From contig OZ024754.1 of assembly GCA_964016885.1 (NCBI GenBank), positions 27,962,001-28,026,000 of the forward strand: DNA of 64,000 nucleotides, in the 5' to 3' direction. The translations under genes and the position numbers were made by a program. The stretch comes from Eledone cirrhosa (lineage: Eukaryota). This document shows positions 45,068 through 57,206 of this stretch, piece after piece. The notes below the pieces were generated by a model. That model saw only the letters and a list, made by a program, of their open reading frames with translations, was not told where the DNA came from and did no database searches. The first letter of the stretch is position 1, and each line of letters opens with the position of its first letter.

Positions 45068-45110
45068 ACAATCAACATGTTTCTGGGTCATTACCCTTCA
45101 TCAGGACTAT
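45068..45110 (-). ncRNA. Minimal type I hammerhead ribozyme motif
   Basis: ATAGTC-CTGATGA-AGGGTAATGACCCA-GAAAC-AT-GTT-GATTGT; palindromic ACATGT stem III. Confidence 0.7.
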
Positions 45111-46938
45111 ATACTCCTCTGCCAATGTGTTGAACTGTTTCAAATATATAGTATTTTCTTAAGTATATATCGTATCCTCATTTGCATACCGGGAGAGATA
45201 CGACTGGCTTTGCCGAATATTAAAAAAAAAAAAGAATTTATGCTGTTTGCCAAGGACGAATTATTAAACAAAAAGGATGAACTCGTTACCTTGTGTAAAC
45301 ACAGAATATATAGGACATATCTTACCTTCAAACCGCCTCACGACCTAGGTGGGTAGATCTTGGCTTTAATATCCTTCCCAGTTACTAAGATAGAGGAAAC
45401 CCCAAGCTTCCTTAGGTAGAAATAGAATATTTTCATTATTGTAAAACATTTCCTAAACATCCTCAAGTAGAAATAGAATAAATTGCGTGGACGGAGTCCT
45501 CCCGCGTAAGATTTTGCCTTGGAAAGTAGACTCCATATTAGATAATAGGTAATATTGTTGTTTTGAAGGTCCCAAATGTGGCCAGAAAGTGCTGTAGCGA
45601 GTCGCTGGGCCGGGTTTCTAAATGAATGTTGCTGTTGGTAGTACCGGGTCTTAAACTCGCAGGCGGTTAATCCGATGTAGGCCTTGTTGGAATGTTCCAT
45701 CCTCACGTTGCACTGGTAGACCACGTTACGTTCTCGGTATCTATTGTTGAGGGGGCACGATGATCTATCCGGACAGTTGCAACTCTTAGTTTGCTCACCC
45801 CTAATATCGTTGTTGTTTCTTCTGTTAGAAAAGAGTTTTGTGTTGTTAGATGAAGCGATGTTTTGTGCAAAGTTGGATGTAGTGCTGTACGAATGTTTAA
45901 CAATGTTTCTATTGATGATTTTGTGGTAGCGGTGTTGGGCTGGGAAGTGTTTACCAAGACATCTGAAGAAGATCTTCCCAATTGGTGTTACGACCTCAGC
46001 ATTGTGGGGAGGATTGAACCACGTTATGTGACGTGAGCGGCGGCGTCATCTGCTGGCTCCGCTAGTTGGGCCTGGATAATAGGAAAGGTCCTCCTTGAAG
46101 CCGCTTCTTTTTAGGGCCTGGTTGTAGTAAGGCGCGTGTTCATTGAAGATCTGGTCATTTGCGGACAAGCGTGATATACAGAGGGAGATAGTTTTTACTT
46201 AATTATTGGTAATGTTCCTTGGATGGTTGGAATAGCGGTGGATATAGTGTAAATTCTTGTTTGGTTTCCTGTAGGGGTAGTTCAAATTATTCTCCAGATC
46301 TAATGTTACATCCAGAAAGTTGACACAGGTCTGTGGGGTGATTTTGAAACCCATATCTCGGAAGAACTTGATAAGGTGTTTACGGACCCGGTCTGTGCTA
46401 CTAGAGTTGTACCCTGTGAGAGTAGTAAGCCCGTCAACTCTGTACAAACCCCCTCTGAACGCAGGAAACTTTTCAACGAGTTTTTGGAGTATGTATAGTC
46501 CTATAAGTTCCGTCGCCTCAGCTGAGTCGGTCCAACCCATACTAACGTCGGACGGAGAGTCTGGAGCGCTTTTTATCCTGGTGGAGTTTTCGAAGAGCAA
46601 GACTGTCTTCCTAGCGTGGAGGCGTGATCCAAAGCGGCAAGAGGAATGGTAGTTCTCGATATCGAACTGGATAAAAGTGGTATTCTCTTTATCCTCGATA
46701 TTCTTGAATCAGGAGATGACTTCCTGAGTGCTATTCCACGGGCAAAGCCTCGCATTTTGCTTGACTTTGGGTGTCAGGTTTATAAGCATGATGGTTGGTT
46801 TGCGATCGAAGTTGGATTTATGGTCCTTAAGGTTAAAATAAGGAGTACGAGGGTCGATAGGTTCCGTTCGATCGGATATCCCGAGGGTGGAGGTGATATT
46901 GTGTCCCTCCGTTTATGATTTAACCATATATGGACTGT

Positions 46939-47034
46939 ACCCCTTGATAAGTTCAGCTAAATTCTCGCTGTTCGAATACTGGCGCTTTAGTTCGGATCTA
47001 GCTGTCAAAACGGTCGGAGCTCCGCCGTCGGGGT
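46939..47034 (+). ncRNA. Hammerhead with mutated core (TTGATAA, AAAAC)
   Basis: ACCCC/GGGGT stem I, CAGCTA/TAGCTG stem II, CGGT/GCCG stem III, GUC; sister copies at 13580 and 15891 keep GAAAC. Confidence 0.6.
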
Positions 47035-47092
47035 CCTGAATCTTTTCATATATATATACAACATTACAACAATCACATTTACTCTGCCTTCA

Positions 47093-47215
<123 letters not shown>

Positions 47216-47551
47216 ATATATATATATATGGTACCAGGAAAACATCAGGAAAATCTAGGCAGGAAGATGTGGAGAGAAAATTTATTATGTGTTCTATCTT
47301 TAACATATGTTTCTGTACAATTACGTAACAACTCCTGTGGCTGGGCCTCAGCAAACCCTCATCGGCAAATTATTGCTCCATCTCACCTCGAATCGGTTTT
47401 AATCAATGCTAAGCAAATAACCGGAATTATTTCCACCTTCCGTCACATGCACACTTTCCTTTGCAGAAACTTCAAGATAGATCCTTCTGACACATAATCA
47501 ATAAAAAATTTGACGTCACTAGACGACGATGTTAGTCATGTTTTTCTCGAT

Positions 47552-47789
47552 GGTACAGTCGACAAAAAGACGCATTGTTCAGTCGACAAAAGACACGTGG
47601 TACAGTCGACAGAGAAATGTATGATGCATTCGACAAAAAGACGCATTGTGCATTCAACAGAAAGTTGTATTGTACATTCAACAAAGACACATGGTACAGT
47701 CGACAAAGACACACGTGGTACAGTCGACAAAAAGACGTGTGGTAAAGTCGACAGAACGACACATAGTACAGTCGACAAAAAGACGCATC
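47552..47789. repeat. About 24-bp degenerate tandem repeat, about 10 units
   Basis: ggtacagtcgacaaaaagacgc variants. Confidence 0.85.
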
Positions 47790-48323
47790 AGACAAAAGCC
47801 AGTTTCGGAATTTCATATAATTCCATCATTATAAAATAAAGTACCAGTAATGCACTGGGATAATTGCTGGCCTTGTGCCAAAGGTGAAAACATTTATTTT
47901 ACATATAAGCAGAGATATCAGATTCTATAGTGTTTTAATACAAGGATATATTAATCCCCTTTATATTTCTATATCACAAAATATACAAACACTATCAGTG
48001 AACGCGTGCGCATGCGTGATTGCCTGTCTATATATTTATTTTTTTATTTTTTATTTATTTATATATATATATGTATATATATATGTGTCGACAGTCGATT
48101 GACAAGATCCCAGACCTCATTCGTTTAGCGAGTGGGATGGAGATCGTCAAATCGGACCGAGGAAACAATGTTTCCGTTGTTCTTTCAATTGCTAATACTA
48201 TCTTTCAATTGCTAATACGATCTGTCGGTCGCAAATCCAAGCAGAAAGACATAACGCACCGCCCGGTTCGGAGATCGAAATCGCAATTGCGTATCCAATT
48301 CTCTAACCACTCAGCCATATATA

Positions 48324-48400
<77 letters not shown>

Positions 48401-49648
48401 TTAACGACATATTTTCGGTACTTGTTGCCCCTGCCCGCTAGTCATATTTCGAGATGCTTCTGTTTTTGAACAGTTCTCTTATTAATTTTAATTTCCTTCA
48501 CAAACAAAACCAAATTATAATGGAAAAATCAAAAACCTACACACCGCCATATTGGAGAATACATGAATAGATAAATAAATAAGTAAATAAAACAAAAGTG
48601 AAAAAACCGTTAATACTGCATTCATGAGAAATAGCAAATATTACACTCAACTCATATTATCCCTTATGGAGAATTTTCCACATCGAATATTCAACCGGAT
48701 CATAAAGAGCCTTATCTTCTCTTTCCTGCCCTTATTGGTTGTTGTTGTTGTTTTGTTTGTTTTTATCTGTGAAATTATTTGTTTGTCCATAGGTGTTGTT
48801 GTTGTTTTGTTGGTTGTTGTTGTTTTGTTGGTTGGTTGTTGTTGGTTTGTTGGTTTTTGTTGTTTGTTGGTTCATTTGTTTTTGCTATAAAATTAGTTTG
48901 TCTGTTTTTCCATTAATGTTGTTGTTGTTGTTGCTTTTGTTTGTTTTTGCTGTGAAATTAGTTTGTTTGTTCATTGTTGTTGTAGTTGTTGTTAATGTTC
49001 CTTTCGTTGTTTACAATCTTGTACCTAAACACCTTTTATGTAATGGTTGTTTGTTGTGTGTGTGTGCACGTGTGCGTTTGTATGTGTTCGTGTGTATGTA
49101 TATTTGTGTGTGCGTGTATGTAGGTGTTTATGTATGTGTGCGTGTATGTTTCTGTGTGTGTATGTTTGAGTGTGTATGTGTGTTTGTGCGTGTATGTGTG
49201 TTCGTGTGTATGTATGTTTATGTATATGTATACGTGTGTATCGTATGTATGTGTGTGTGTTCGTGTGTATGTACATGTGTGTACATATATGTGTGTATGC
49301 GTGATTGCGTATGTTTTATTTCTTCATCAAGAACGACTTAGAAACTAATTATATTTTCCCAATGTTCACCTGTTCTGCTTTGTCTCATTTTCTAGAGTTT
49401 GTTATATATTTTTAGTTTATTTTTTGTTGTTTTCATCTTCAGCAACGTTTTCGTTTATTGCAGAGTCTGTGTGTGGTGGGCATGAGAGGAATTATTAATG
49501 TGATGTAATGAAAGTTTGACAATTTTTTTTACGTTTGCTCAGCAACGTTTATTGATGCTGGCTAGCTGCTCTATGTAGCGTGTGGAAATAATTCTGCATG
49601 TGTACCCACGAAAGGTTTTTCCATATGAACCGGTTCCTAAATGTGCAT

Positions 49649-49930
49649 AGGCAGCGAATTTGGCAGAGTCGTTAGAACGTCGGATAGAATGCTTTATGGT
49701 ATTCGTTCCGGCTCTCTGAGTTCAAATCTCGCGGAGGTCAAATTTGTCTTTCATCTTTTCGAAGTCGATAAAAAAGTACTAGTCTAGTACTAGGGTCGAT
49801 TCTTCCTTTCTCTCTGGAAGAAATTTGCTGTACTCAGGCCTGGAGATGGATGGCTCCGCCAGGCATAAAATGGCCAAGAAACGCCGTATGCCAATACGGT
49901 GCCCCTATGACTTTATCAGGAGTTACGGGT
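49649..49930 (+). mobile_element. Older SINE subfamily sharing the head and core (second copy 13697-13975)
   Basis: tggcagagtcgttagaacg..gagttcaaat..tttcatc..gtcgataaaaaagtac then a longer tail shared with 13830-13970. Confidence 0.65.
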
Positions 49931-51974
49931 ACATACCATACCAATCCATTATTGTTGACTTGTGCGAATGGTTAAAACGTTTGCCTGGCAGTCATACGGT
50001 TATGGGTCTGATTCCACTTCGTGTTCGTAGTGTGCTCGAAACGACGACAAAACCATTCTGCCCGCATACGACCAATGTCCGTGGAAGTTTATCGAACAGC
50101 TATTGTCGCGTGTAGAACGGATATCCGCCGACTCCATCGTAAAAATCGTCCTGCCGTCTTCATTTGGTCGAGAAGGGCAAGCAGTTTTTCTCTGCCTGGT
50201 GGTTGTAGCGAAAGAGTTTGTGTGGAGGTCGCGACTGAAAGGATTGAAGATAGACACATACCTCTCATCAACGTTTTCACATTCCACGTGGAAAGGAAGG
50301 TGAAAGTGGAGAGGTAAGTGTTGCTCCCCCACCTCCAGTACATTTGTTAAAAGGTGGGTGAATGTATCGAGGATGGCCCGAGTGAATTGGCCTACTCTGA
50401 GCATGTGCCTTTAGGCTGGAGAGTTAGGAGTGGAAGGGAATACTTTCATATGCTGCTCTTGGCGGTTAGGGTAGTTTCGGATCTCTGAGATTCGTAAACT
50501 ACCCCTGGGGGATGCTCCCCCTATTGGGGAATTCTGGTGTTTTAATTTATTGTTATTTTGTTAGCGGTTTTCTTTGTTTTGACCATTAATTATCAGTATA
50601 TCCTCACTATCCTTGTCCATTTGTATTGCCCCTTAGTTTTTGGCCAGAGTGGCTAATAAAGAAAGAATTGTTATCATGGGAATCCTTTTCGGTGAACAGC
50701 CAGAGATACCCGCTGCATCAGCCATTCTATCCTGCAGAGCTGCTTCCTCCGATATGACGCTCTCCTTCCGATTTGGCAGAGGCAATCTAGTGACTAAGGA
50801 CACCGTAGATCTCGATGTCAACCGGCATAAGAAGGAAACGATCAATCAATGTCTGGTATTTGGTCATCTTTCGTTATTCTGGAGAAAACTGGAGACGGAG
50901 GATCCCTTAAGCCTCGAAGGCAACCGACACAAAAAGGAAACGGTCAGTCGATGTCTGGTATATATAGTTTGTGTTATTTGGGAATTAACATATCTGCAGT
51001 CACATATTTTAAATTCTCTTAATTTCTGAAGATCTCTGAAACGATGGAAGCAGCGAGATTTGAAAACGAAACGATAACGAATGAAACTTTGAGTTAGTGT
51101 CACACAACCAAGTTGAATTTTCAAAAGAGAATGTCTTCTGTATAAACTATGAGGCAACAGTACGTAACAACGGTTACATTAAGATTCCTTGTAAGCAGCA
51201 GATAAAACAGGAGGTTTTGCGATGAGATTCAGCCATTAATTTCAACACATAAAAACAAATGTATGAAATAGTATTATCAGTTATTTATCGATTCTCGTCA
51301 GCTTTTATCGTTAAATATTTACATTCACTACATTGGTGTTTTGGCGCCGTAAACCTACCGAATGCATCATCAAATTTCAAGGTCATTCCCATTAAGTGTT
51401 TAATGGTTCGTATTTAGACGTTTACGACAAACGCTGCAGTCAAACAGTCGAAATATATTCAAATTTACAACGATTGTGTCTTGTGTATTATATTTGTCCT
51501 CTGTTTTGTCTTCACGTGTGATTTCTTTTCTTAGATTTAAGTGGATTAACACATAACATCTGATTGGGTGATACAATGTTTTTATATTTCACAAGTAGAA
51601 AATTTAGTTTCGATTTTTTTCTTTTTATTCAACGAAATTTGTCTGCAGTCGTATATATGTGTATGGAAGGAATTAACAGAGGTTAGTTCCAGTTTTCCTT
51701 GTTTCTTCGAAGCAAGCAAACATACATAACAGCTTTCCATCTCACCGCAAAGCTCTTTGCGTGTATCATATGCTAGCACAGTAGTCCGCCATAGAATGGT
51801 TTTCTTTCAATTTGTTTTTATTCTATGTCAGAACCTGTCTTCCCCGTGCATCATCTATCATTACTTATTCCGCTTTGGCTCGTCCCCAAGGTAGTTTCTA
51901 TGGAAGATGGACTGGAGCAACGCAAAATAAAGTGATTTGCTTAAGGAAATCGAACTCACAACCTATATATATAC

Positions 51975-52145
51975 TTCCTGAGATCCCACTACATCTCTTA
52001 TGTACCCATAGTTTGCATTTGGGGCAGAGGATGGAGTTCCTACCTACACCTTTCCTTCATACTGAGCAAGGCCATTTCCCTGGGGGGATCTGGGTTCTGT
52101 TTTCTCGTCTACTTACGAGGACCATAGTCTTTGTCAGGTTGACTT
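51975..52145 (-). mobile_element. RTE fragment covering the PHD-like finger
   Basis: LTKTMVL..GKWPCSV*RKGVGRNSILCPKCKLWVHKRCSGI. Confidence 0.75.
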
Positions 52146-52419
52146 TATATATATATATAGTTTTGCGAGGTTTTTGATATGAAATCGTGTGTCGAAACAA
52201 ATATTGTTATACTTGGGAGACTAAATAAAAATGGCGTAGGCATACAATGCAACAGGAGGAAACATAATAGCACCACTGACGATGTTGCAGATGTGCAACG
52301 AAAGAACTTTGATAGACTATATATATATGTTTGTGTCTATATTGTATCTGTATTTTTTACCGTTGGTCAGTCAATGACAACATTGAGGACCGAATAAATT
52401 AAATTAACCGATATAAAGA

Positions 52420-53325
52420 AAAGACCCTCAACAGGATGATTCTTAACAGGATCCAGCCTGAGATGGAGAAGAAGCTCAGGGACAACCAGAACGGCTTCAG
52501 AGAGGGAAGATCAACCACCAGTCACATCCTGATGCTGAGGAGGATATTAGAGGGAGCTTGAGCAAAGTGCCTTCCTGCGGTCATGGTTTTCATTGACTTT
52601 AGGAATGCCTTTGATTCTGTGGACCGTCACTGCCTGATGAAGATCCTACAGGCTTATGGAATCTCCAAGATAGTGGACCTGATATCACTGCTCTACACCA
52701 ACACCAAAGCCCAAGTCATTACATCTGATGGGATGACAGAGTTCTTTGAGATACTGGCTGGAATGCTCCAGGGAGATACATTGGCTCCCTACCTTTTTAT
52801 CATCGTAGTGGACTATTGTATGCACCTTGCACTGGAGAAACACTAGGACTCTGGCTTTACTGTAGCACTGGCTCAGAGCAGGAGAATTAAGGCGAAAAAG
52901 ATATCAGATGCTGAATTTGCCGACAACATAGTTTGGCTGACAAATACAGTGAAGGGCGCAGAGGATTTGATGCAGGAGGTTGAGACTGTGTCGATGAGTG
53001 TGGGGCTGAGAATGAATGAGACTAAAACAAAATATCTGGTAGAGAATGTTGAGAAGCCAGAGGGGATCACTAATGTAGGCGGGAAGCCACTAGAATTGGT
53101 TGACGACTTCCTGTATTTGGGAGCAAAGATTGGGAATACGAAAGATGATGTGGTTGAGAGGAAGAGCAAAGTCTCTACATGGACACACTGGAAGAGGAAG
53201 ACCAAGGTTAACGTATGTTGATGCCCTAAGGACAGACACTGGTCTGTTGGAGATGCAGGACATGGCAGCGATAATGAGGGACAGAGACTGCTGGAGAGAA
53301 CTCGTCCATGGATCTCAGGAATTTT
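52420..53325 (+). mobile_element. RTE/RTE-X-like LINE fragment with internal deletion
   Basis: NQNGFREGRSTT, FIDFRNAFDSV, LQGDTLAPYLF, FADN, FLYLG, then a jump to the C-terminal GRPRLTYVD..RDRDCWR. Confidence 0.85.
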
Positions 53326-53329
53326 ACTT

Positions 53330-54910
53330 GAATTTGTTGTACACATCATCAATCAGGCTATATATGGCGGTGTCATACCCAAAGACTGGTGCAACAGTAT
53401 TCTCATAAATTGCTACAAAGGTAAAGGGGATGCTCTGGAGAGGAGCAATTATAGGGGTATAAAACTGATGGATCAGGTTATGAAAGTGGCAGAAAGGATA
53501 TTAGCACAACTGATTAGAGAAAGGGTCAAACTAGATGAGATGCAGTTTGGTTTTGTGCCTGGGAAAAGTACAACAGATGCCCTCTTCTTAGGGAGACAAC
53601 TACAAGAGAGGTTCTTAGAGAAGAATAAGCCACTATACTTAGCTTTTGTTGACCAAGAGAAGGCCTTTGATAGGGTACTCCGATCTGTCATCTGGTGGTC
53701 CCTAAGGAAACTAGGTGTTGAGGAATGGCTTGTGAGGACAGTGCTAGCTTTGTACAGAGGTGCTGTCAGTAAAGTCAGGGTAGGAATGGAGTTTAGTGAG
53801 GAATTCCAGATACAAGTAGGAGTACATCAGGGTTTGGTCCTCAGCCCACTCTTGTTCATTATAGTCCTCCAAGCCATAACAGAGGAGTTTAAGACTGGCT
53901 GTCCATGGGAACTTCTCTATGCTAATGATCTGGTTCTTATAGCGGAATCAGTAGAGGAGCTAGAGAAGAAATTCTGGCTATGGAAACAGCAGTTGGAATT
54001 AAGAGGAGTGAGAGTGAACCTAGCTAAAACAAGTGTTGATGAGTAGAAAAGAGGACAAAACTCTGATTCCGTCAGGGAAATGGCCATGTTCGATATGCAG
54101 AAAAAGAACTGGCATAAATTCTATAAAATGTACACAATGCAGATCTTGGGTACACAAGAGATGTAGTGGGATAGCAGGCAAACTAACAGGTAGGGAGAAA
54201 TACGTATGCAGTAGATGTACAGGGAAATTTGACAGTAAAAGTTGCATTGATAGAAACATTTTTCAAATGCAGGTGGGTTCTATAGAAATGATTGATAGCT
54301 TCCGGTACCTAGGTGATCAGATTCGCATGGGAGGAGGTGTTCCGAGGCCATAGTATCTAGAATAAGGACAGGTTGGAAGAAGTTTAGGGAGCTGCTTCCT
54401 CTGCTGACGAAAGAGGGTTTCTCCTTGCGTACGAAAGGCCGGTTATATGATGCCTGTGTGAGGTGCACTATGATGCATGGTAGTGAGACATGGGCAGCAA
54501 CTGCAGCGGATATGCGACGGCTGGAGAAAAATGAAGCAAGCATGCTCTGTTGGATGTGCAATGTCAATGTGCGTGAATGACCGAGCATGGATGTGTTGAG
54601 AGAGAAACTGTGTCTGAGAGGGATAGAATGTAGTGTGCGGGAGAGGAGACTGCAGTGGTATGGACATGTGATGCGCATGGGGGATGACCGATGGGTGAAG
54701 AAGTGCCAGGAATTGCCAGTTGAAGGAAGACGTGGTAGAGGTAGACCACAAAAAACATGGGCGGAGGTGGTGAGAACAGACCTCAGATCGCCGAAGCTCA
54801 CGGTGGAGATGATGAAGGACCGTGACAAGTGGAGAGATGCTGTGCTGAATAGGACCCATCCCACCCTTGCAAGCAGGGAAACGCAGACGTGAAATGATGA
54901 TGATGATGAT
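53330..54910 (+). mobile_element. 5'-truncated RTE LINE with PHD-like finger and (TGA)n tail
   Basis: NYRGIKL, QFGFVPGKSTTDA, EKAFDRV, GVHQG..LSPLLF, LYANDL, FRYLG, RRLQWYGHVMRM, GRPQKTW; tail cccacccttgcaagcaggg..tgatgatga. Confidence 0.9.
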
Positions 54911-55236
54911 ATATATATATGTATATCATCATCATCATCATCACCGTTTTACGTCCGTTCTTCCACGCTAGCATGGGTTAGACGGGTTGTCCTGTTGTTG
55001 GCAGTGTCTGGTCGGCTGACCATGCCTTGCTCATACAGGAACTGATCTGGCTTGATTTCTACAGCTGGATGCCCTTCCTAACACCAACCTCATTTACAGT
55101 GAGTGCTGGGTGCTTTTTCGTGGCGCCTACACGTCCACTTTACAGTGTGGGCTGGGTGCTTTTATGCCGTGGCACCTCCACGACCACCTTGCGGTGGGGG
55201 GGGGGGGGGGCATATATATATATGCATATATATATA

Positions 55237-55302
<66 letters not shown>

Positions 55303-55444
55303 TATATATATGCATATATGTATATATATATATATATATGTACATATATATATATATATATATATGTATATATTTATATAGTAATAATAAATATATGTAT
55401 ATATATACATATATATACATATATGGTAATAATAAATATATGTA

Positions 55445-55482
<38 letters not shown>

Positions 55483-55580
55483 CATATATGTGTGTGTGTG
55501 TATGTGTGTGCATGTAACTAAAGCTGTAGTAGGTTAGAAGTTTTGAGGAAGACTCTTTTATAATCAACAAAATACAAACT

Positions 55581-55586
55581 TTTATT
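55581..55586 (-). promoter_or_regulatory. Candidate polyadenylation signal of PDCL
   Basis: AATAAA on minus strand about 400 nt after the stop, followed by a GT/T-rich stretch; other AATAAA copies near 55752 are alternatives. Confidence 0.5.
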
Positions 55587-55984
55587 TGTTTATCAACAAA
55601 TTATTTCACAATATTTACACAATATTAAAAAACAACAACAAAGACGACACAAACTTAGAAAAACATAATTAACAAGCAAACAATGAAAGTTATCTACTAC
55701 AAAATGTCATTTATCAGACATTGTTTCATTTTTTCTTTTACTACTTACTAATTTATTTTATTTTATCTATTTTATGTATTTAATATTTTTTTTACATTAA
55801 ATTCCTCCATGAATCTTCAAATTCAACAAAGAATTTTTTTTATATATAATCTAACATTGAAAAGAAGGTCATTTGTTTTTTTTTTTGTTTTTTTTTTGTT
55901 TTTCATAGTAACAAACACAATGATATCAATTGAGATTCAGTGTTACTACAGACAGAGAGAGACTACGTTGTGTGACGTATCCCT

Positions 55985-56114
55985 TTAATAGTCCACATCA
56001 AAATCACTGTTTTCATTGTCACTGTCATCAAATACAGGAGATTCACTTTCTCTAACAGTCTTGCTCGCTTTGATCACAGCATCAACAGAGTTACTGTTTG
56101 GTAGGAACCCATGC
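55985..56114 (-). CDS. PDCL: Phosducin-like protein 1 last coding exon
   Basis: cactgcag acceptor, phase fits; HGFLPNSNSVDAVIKASKTVRESESPVFDDSDNENSDFDVDY then TAA; acidic tail like human SEDSDLEID. Confidence 0.92.
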
Positions 56115-56219
56115 CTGCAGTGAAAAGAAAGAAGAAGAAAAAAATTATATATGCAAAGACCAGAATCCAGAATCAATAAGGTTTATATATATATATATAT
56201 ATATATAAATATATTTATG

Positions 56220-56478
56220 ATGTGTTGTTTCCTTGAGCAAGACACTTTATTTCACATTGCTCCAGTTTACTCAGCTGTAGAAATGAGATGATAGGACTGG
56301 GGTCCCTATCATTCCACTGCAAAAGTGGTCGTGGAGGTGCCACGGCAAAAAAGCACCCAGCACTCACTGTAAATGAGGTTGGTGTTAGGAAGGGCATCCA
56401 GCTGTAGAAATCAAGCCAGAATCTGTTCCCGTCCCACCCTTGCAAGCAGGGAGAAGCGGACGTAAAATGAAATGATGA
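56220..56478 (+). mobile_element. SINE family B with RTE-derived 3' tail (other copies 54925-55190 -, 61625-61845 +, decayed 58930-59320 -)
   Basis: ccttgagcaagacactt core, gttaggaagggcatccagctgtagaaa block, tail cccacccttgcaagcaggga identical to the RTE end at 54860. Confidence 0.7.
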
Positions 56479-56988
56479 TATATATATATATACATATATG
56501 TATATACATATATGTATATACATATATGTATATATATATATATATATGTATGTATATATATATATATATACATATATACATATATATATAAATATATATA
56601 TTGTTACATATAAGGACTTTATACATAGGGAAGTGCAAAAAAAAACAAAAAAACGCAACAACTTTAGCAAGTTTAGTGAGTGCACTTTATCATAGCACCA
56701 ACACTAGGAGCTTGTTATGCTCTTGACACAACTGAAGAGTCCTCTCATCTTTACAGGGTTTACAGGATACAATACTCATGGCACCAATAAATAAATAGAG
56801 AGAGAGGCACACATAGATACAGCTCTTGTTGTATCACCAGCATGACCACCTTACATGGCTTTTGTTGTCACCACCATGACCACCTTACAGAGTGGACTGA
56901 GAGCTCTTAGCCATCATAAGTCTGCTTAATCCTGACTGACAAGGAGCTAAATAACAACATTGTATATGTAAATGGAATGTATACTTAC

Positions 56989-57113
56989 TCTTGAAGGAAA
57001 CTCTCAATATCTGTAGCAAAGAAATCTTCACCAAACTCCTTACTGAGTGCAATGAAGTTGCCAATCATTTCACCTCCTTTATATATGAGTAAGGCAGGTA
57101 CTCCTTCTGCAGA
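56989..57113 (-). CDS. PDCL: Phosducin-like protein 1 exon
   Basis: ctctccag / gtaagt sites; 125 nt; SAEGVPALLIYKGGEMIGNFIALSKEFGEDFFATDIESFLQE (human LPALLIYKGGELIGNFV...DFFAVDLEAFLQE). Confidence 0.95.
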
Positions 57114-57124
57114 CTGGAGAGAGA

Positions 57125-57162
<38 letters not shown>

Positions 57163-57166
57163 ATAC

Positions 57167-57206
<40 letters not shown>

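Larger units (their letters stand above)
44935..47050 (-). mobile_element. Rearranged Naiad-type Penelope-like element
   Basis: Minus strand: DVSMG..DSAE..ELIGLYIL, GGLYR(V)DGL, NFLDVTLDL, YRKPN, SNHP, TWFNPP, CNCPDRSSCPL, VVYQC...YIGLT..EFKTRY; terminal repeat segments with hammerhead motifs at both ends. Confidence 0.85.

Noticed and set aside
45480-45790. Selenocysteine recoding as reported for some Naiad elements
   Set aside because: The cysteine motif codons here and at 30390-30430 are TGC/TGT or missense, not TGA; no convincing SECIS seen.
48080-48320. CpG-rich stretch as a promoter or first exon
   Set aside because: No linked exon or motif support from sequence alone.
50100-50520. 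Possible decayed Penelope endonuclease C-terminus on the minus strand
   Set aside because: Only a vague ERYVSIFNP similarity; no GIY-YIG motif recovered.
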